Shown here one piece after another: positions 6,680-7,726 of a stretch of DNA of 7,726 bases. Below the pieces are notes generated by a model that searched no databases, had not been told where the DNA came from, and saw nothing but the letters and a program-made list of their open reading frames with translations. Source of the stretch: Fonticula alba ATCC 38817 (Eukaryota; Protista; Nucleariida); NCBI GenBank assembly GCA_000388065.2, contig KB932202.1; one strand, written 5' to 3'. The translations under genes and the position numbers were made by a program. How positions within the stretch are numbered: position 1 is the stretch's first letter; the number at the start of each line of letters is the position of its first letter.

Positions 6680-7306
6680 GGGGGGGGGGGGGGGGGGGCA
6701 AGAGCCGACGGGCTAAGCGGAAGGGGCGAGATAGCCCCCCGCGGAACGGGCTCCCCCTCCCCCCCACTTTCCCCGGGGCGGTATCGACTCCGGTGTCGGG
6801 AATGCGCGGCCGGTCAAGTCATCGTCGCACCGGGCCGAAAACCGGAGCGCGGCTGTCGTCCGCGTTCGCCAGGAGGAAATACGGCACCGGGAGAGTGGGC
6901 CGCATGTATCAGGACGAGAAGCACGGGGAACCGGGCCTCCGCCCCATGGGCCTGCCTGGGCCTGCGACAGGGGGGGGGGGGGCGAGGGGCAGCTGCTTCC
7001 TTTCCAGAGTCCAGGAGTGCTCTCCCCCCCCCCTCCCCCTGGGAGACCGCCTGGGACTGAAAGAGGCCCTCCCTGCCACCGGACAGCCGCCGGAAAGACT
7101 GGTTAGGAGCGTAGATATGCCTCGGTCGGCCGGGGCTCGCGGCCGCGGAGAATCGAAGGGCAAACCCTCATATTGTTCGGCGATGATCGCCCGCCGCTGC
7201 GAGGCGGCCGGGGGCAGACGAGCCTCTGATCGGGACCACGAAACCGACACCGGGTGAGATACATTATCAACAGAATATTAATCCCCCACATAAAACACGA
7301 AATACA

Positions 7307-7326
7307 CCCACCCACCCACCCACCCA
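7307..7326. repeat. (CCCA)5 microsatellite
   Basis: cccacccacccacccaccca directly after an AT-rich patch. Confidence 0.85.
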
Positions 7327-7726
7327 CATGCTGGCTGTTCATCCCCCTTCCTGCGAGATACACGCCGGCGCCCGAGGTGCAGAGTGATGATGCCTTGCCC
7401 CACATCACTCGCCGGCCCCCTGTTGGGCGGCAAGCTCTTCCAAGGGTGGACGCATATGTCGGCCTCAGCATGGCGTCCGATGATCTCCTCTACTCGCCGC
7501 CAGACCCTTTTCTCTTTCTCACTGTCTCTCTCCGGCCGGCGTCTCTGGCTGGCCGATTGTGGTGATCCCTCAACGCCTCTCGGCCCAGAGGGGGGCGAAT
7601 ATGGGCCCTCGCCTGCGGAGTGGTGTCCCGGCTAAAGCCGAAAGGTCCATTCAAGCGCAGGAGGCCTGGTGAGAGCGCGCCTGCGCGTGGCATGCCCCCA
7701 GGTGTCTACACGGGTACGGGTCGGGG

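Noticed and set aside
5975-6704. G-run followed by CAAGAG occurring twice (5975-5998 and 6680-6704)
   Set aside because: Similarity stops after 6 bases beyond the homopolymer; too little for a repeat element or target-site duplication.
5970-7257. ORFs 5970..6716, 6115..7257, 6255..6767 and 6365..7060
   Set aside because: They appear long only because they read through 255 Ns; the translated parts are low complexity.
1-7726. CRISPR array, transposon, tRNA/rRNA or prokaryotic operon-type system
   Set aside because: No repeat-spacer periodicity, terminal repeats, transposase/RT motifs or structured RNA signature; the locus is clearly eukaryotic and spliced.

Overview
GC-rich eukaryotic genomic DNA with spliceosomal introns, from a draft assembly with two N-gaps. 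It holds two divergently transcribed (head-to-head) co-chaperone genes about 1.1 kb apart. Minus strand: a 3-exon CHORD-CHORD-CS protein (CHORDC1/Chp1/Morgana family, cytosolic Hsp90 co-chaperone), 365 aa, complement(join(594..875,1029..1523,1771..2091)). Plus strand: a 7-exon signal peptide-TPR-J-domain protein (DNAJC3/P58IPK/ERdj6 family, ER BiP co-chaperone), 589 aa, join(3197..3323,3399..3963,4117..4209,4283..4343,4547..5144,5387..5503,5707..5915). Both models were spliced by hand; all introns are GT-AG and keep the frame open. The shared intergenic region has an HSE-like motif, an ERSE-like motif and an AP-1/Gcn4 heptamer, and G/C strand skew flips inside it. All 8 splice donors are GTRYGY and most introns show CTRAC/TTGAC branch points. 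This fungal-like pattern suggests a unicellular opisthokont, possibly on the fungal side such as a Fonticula-like lineage (inference, not verified). I could not assign a gene to the flanks (1-590 and about 5920-7726). No mobile element, RNA gene or CRISPR array was seen. Most ORFs in the supplied track are shadow ORFs or low-complexity read-throughs.
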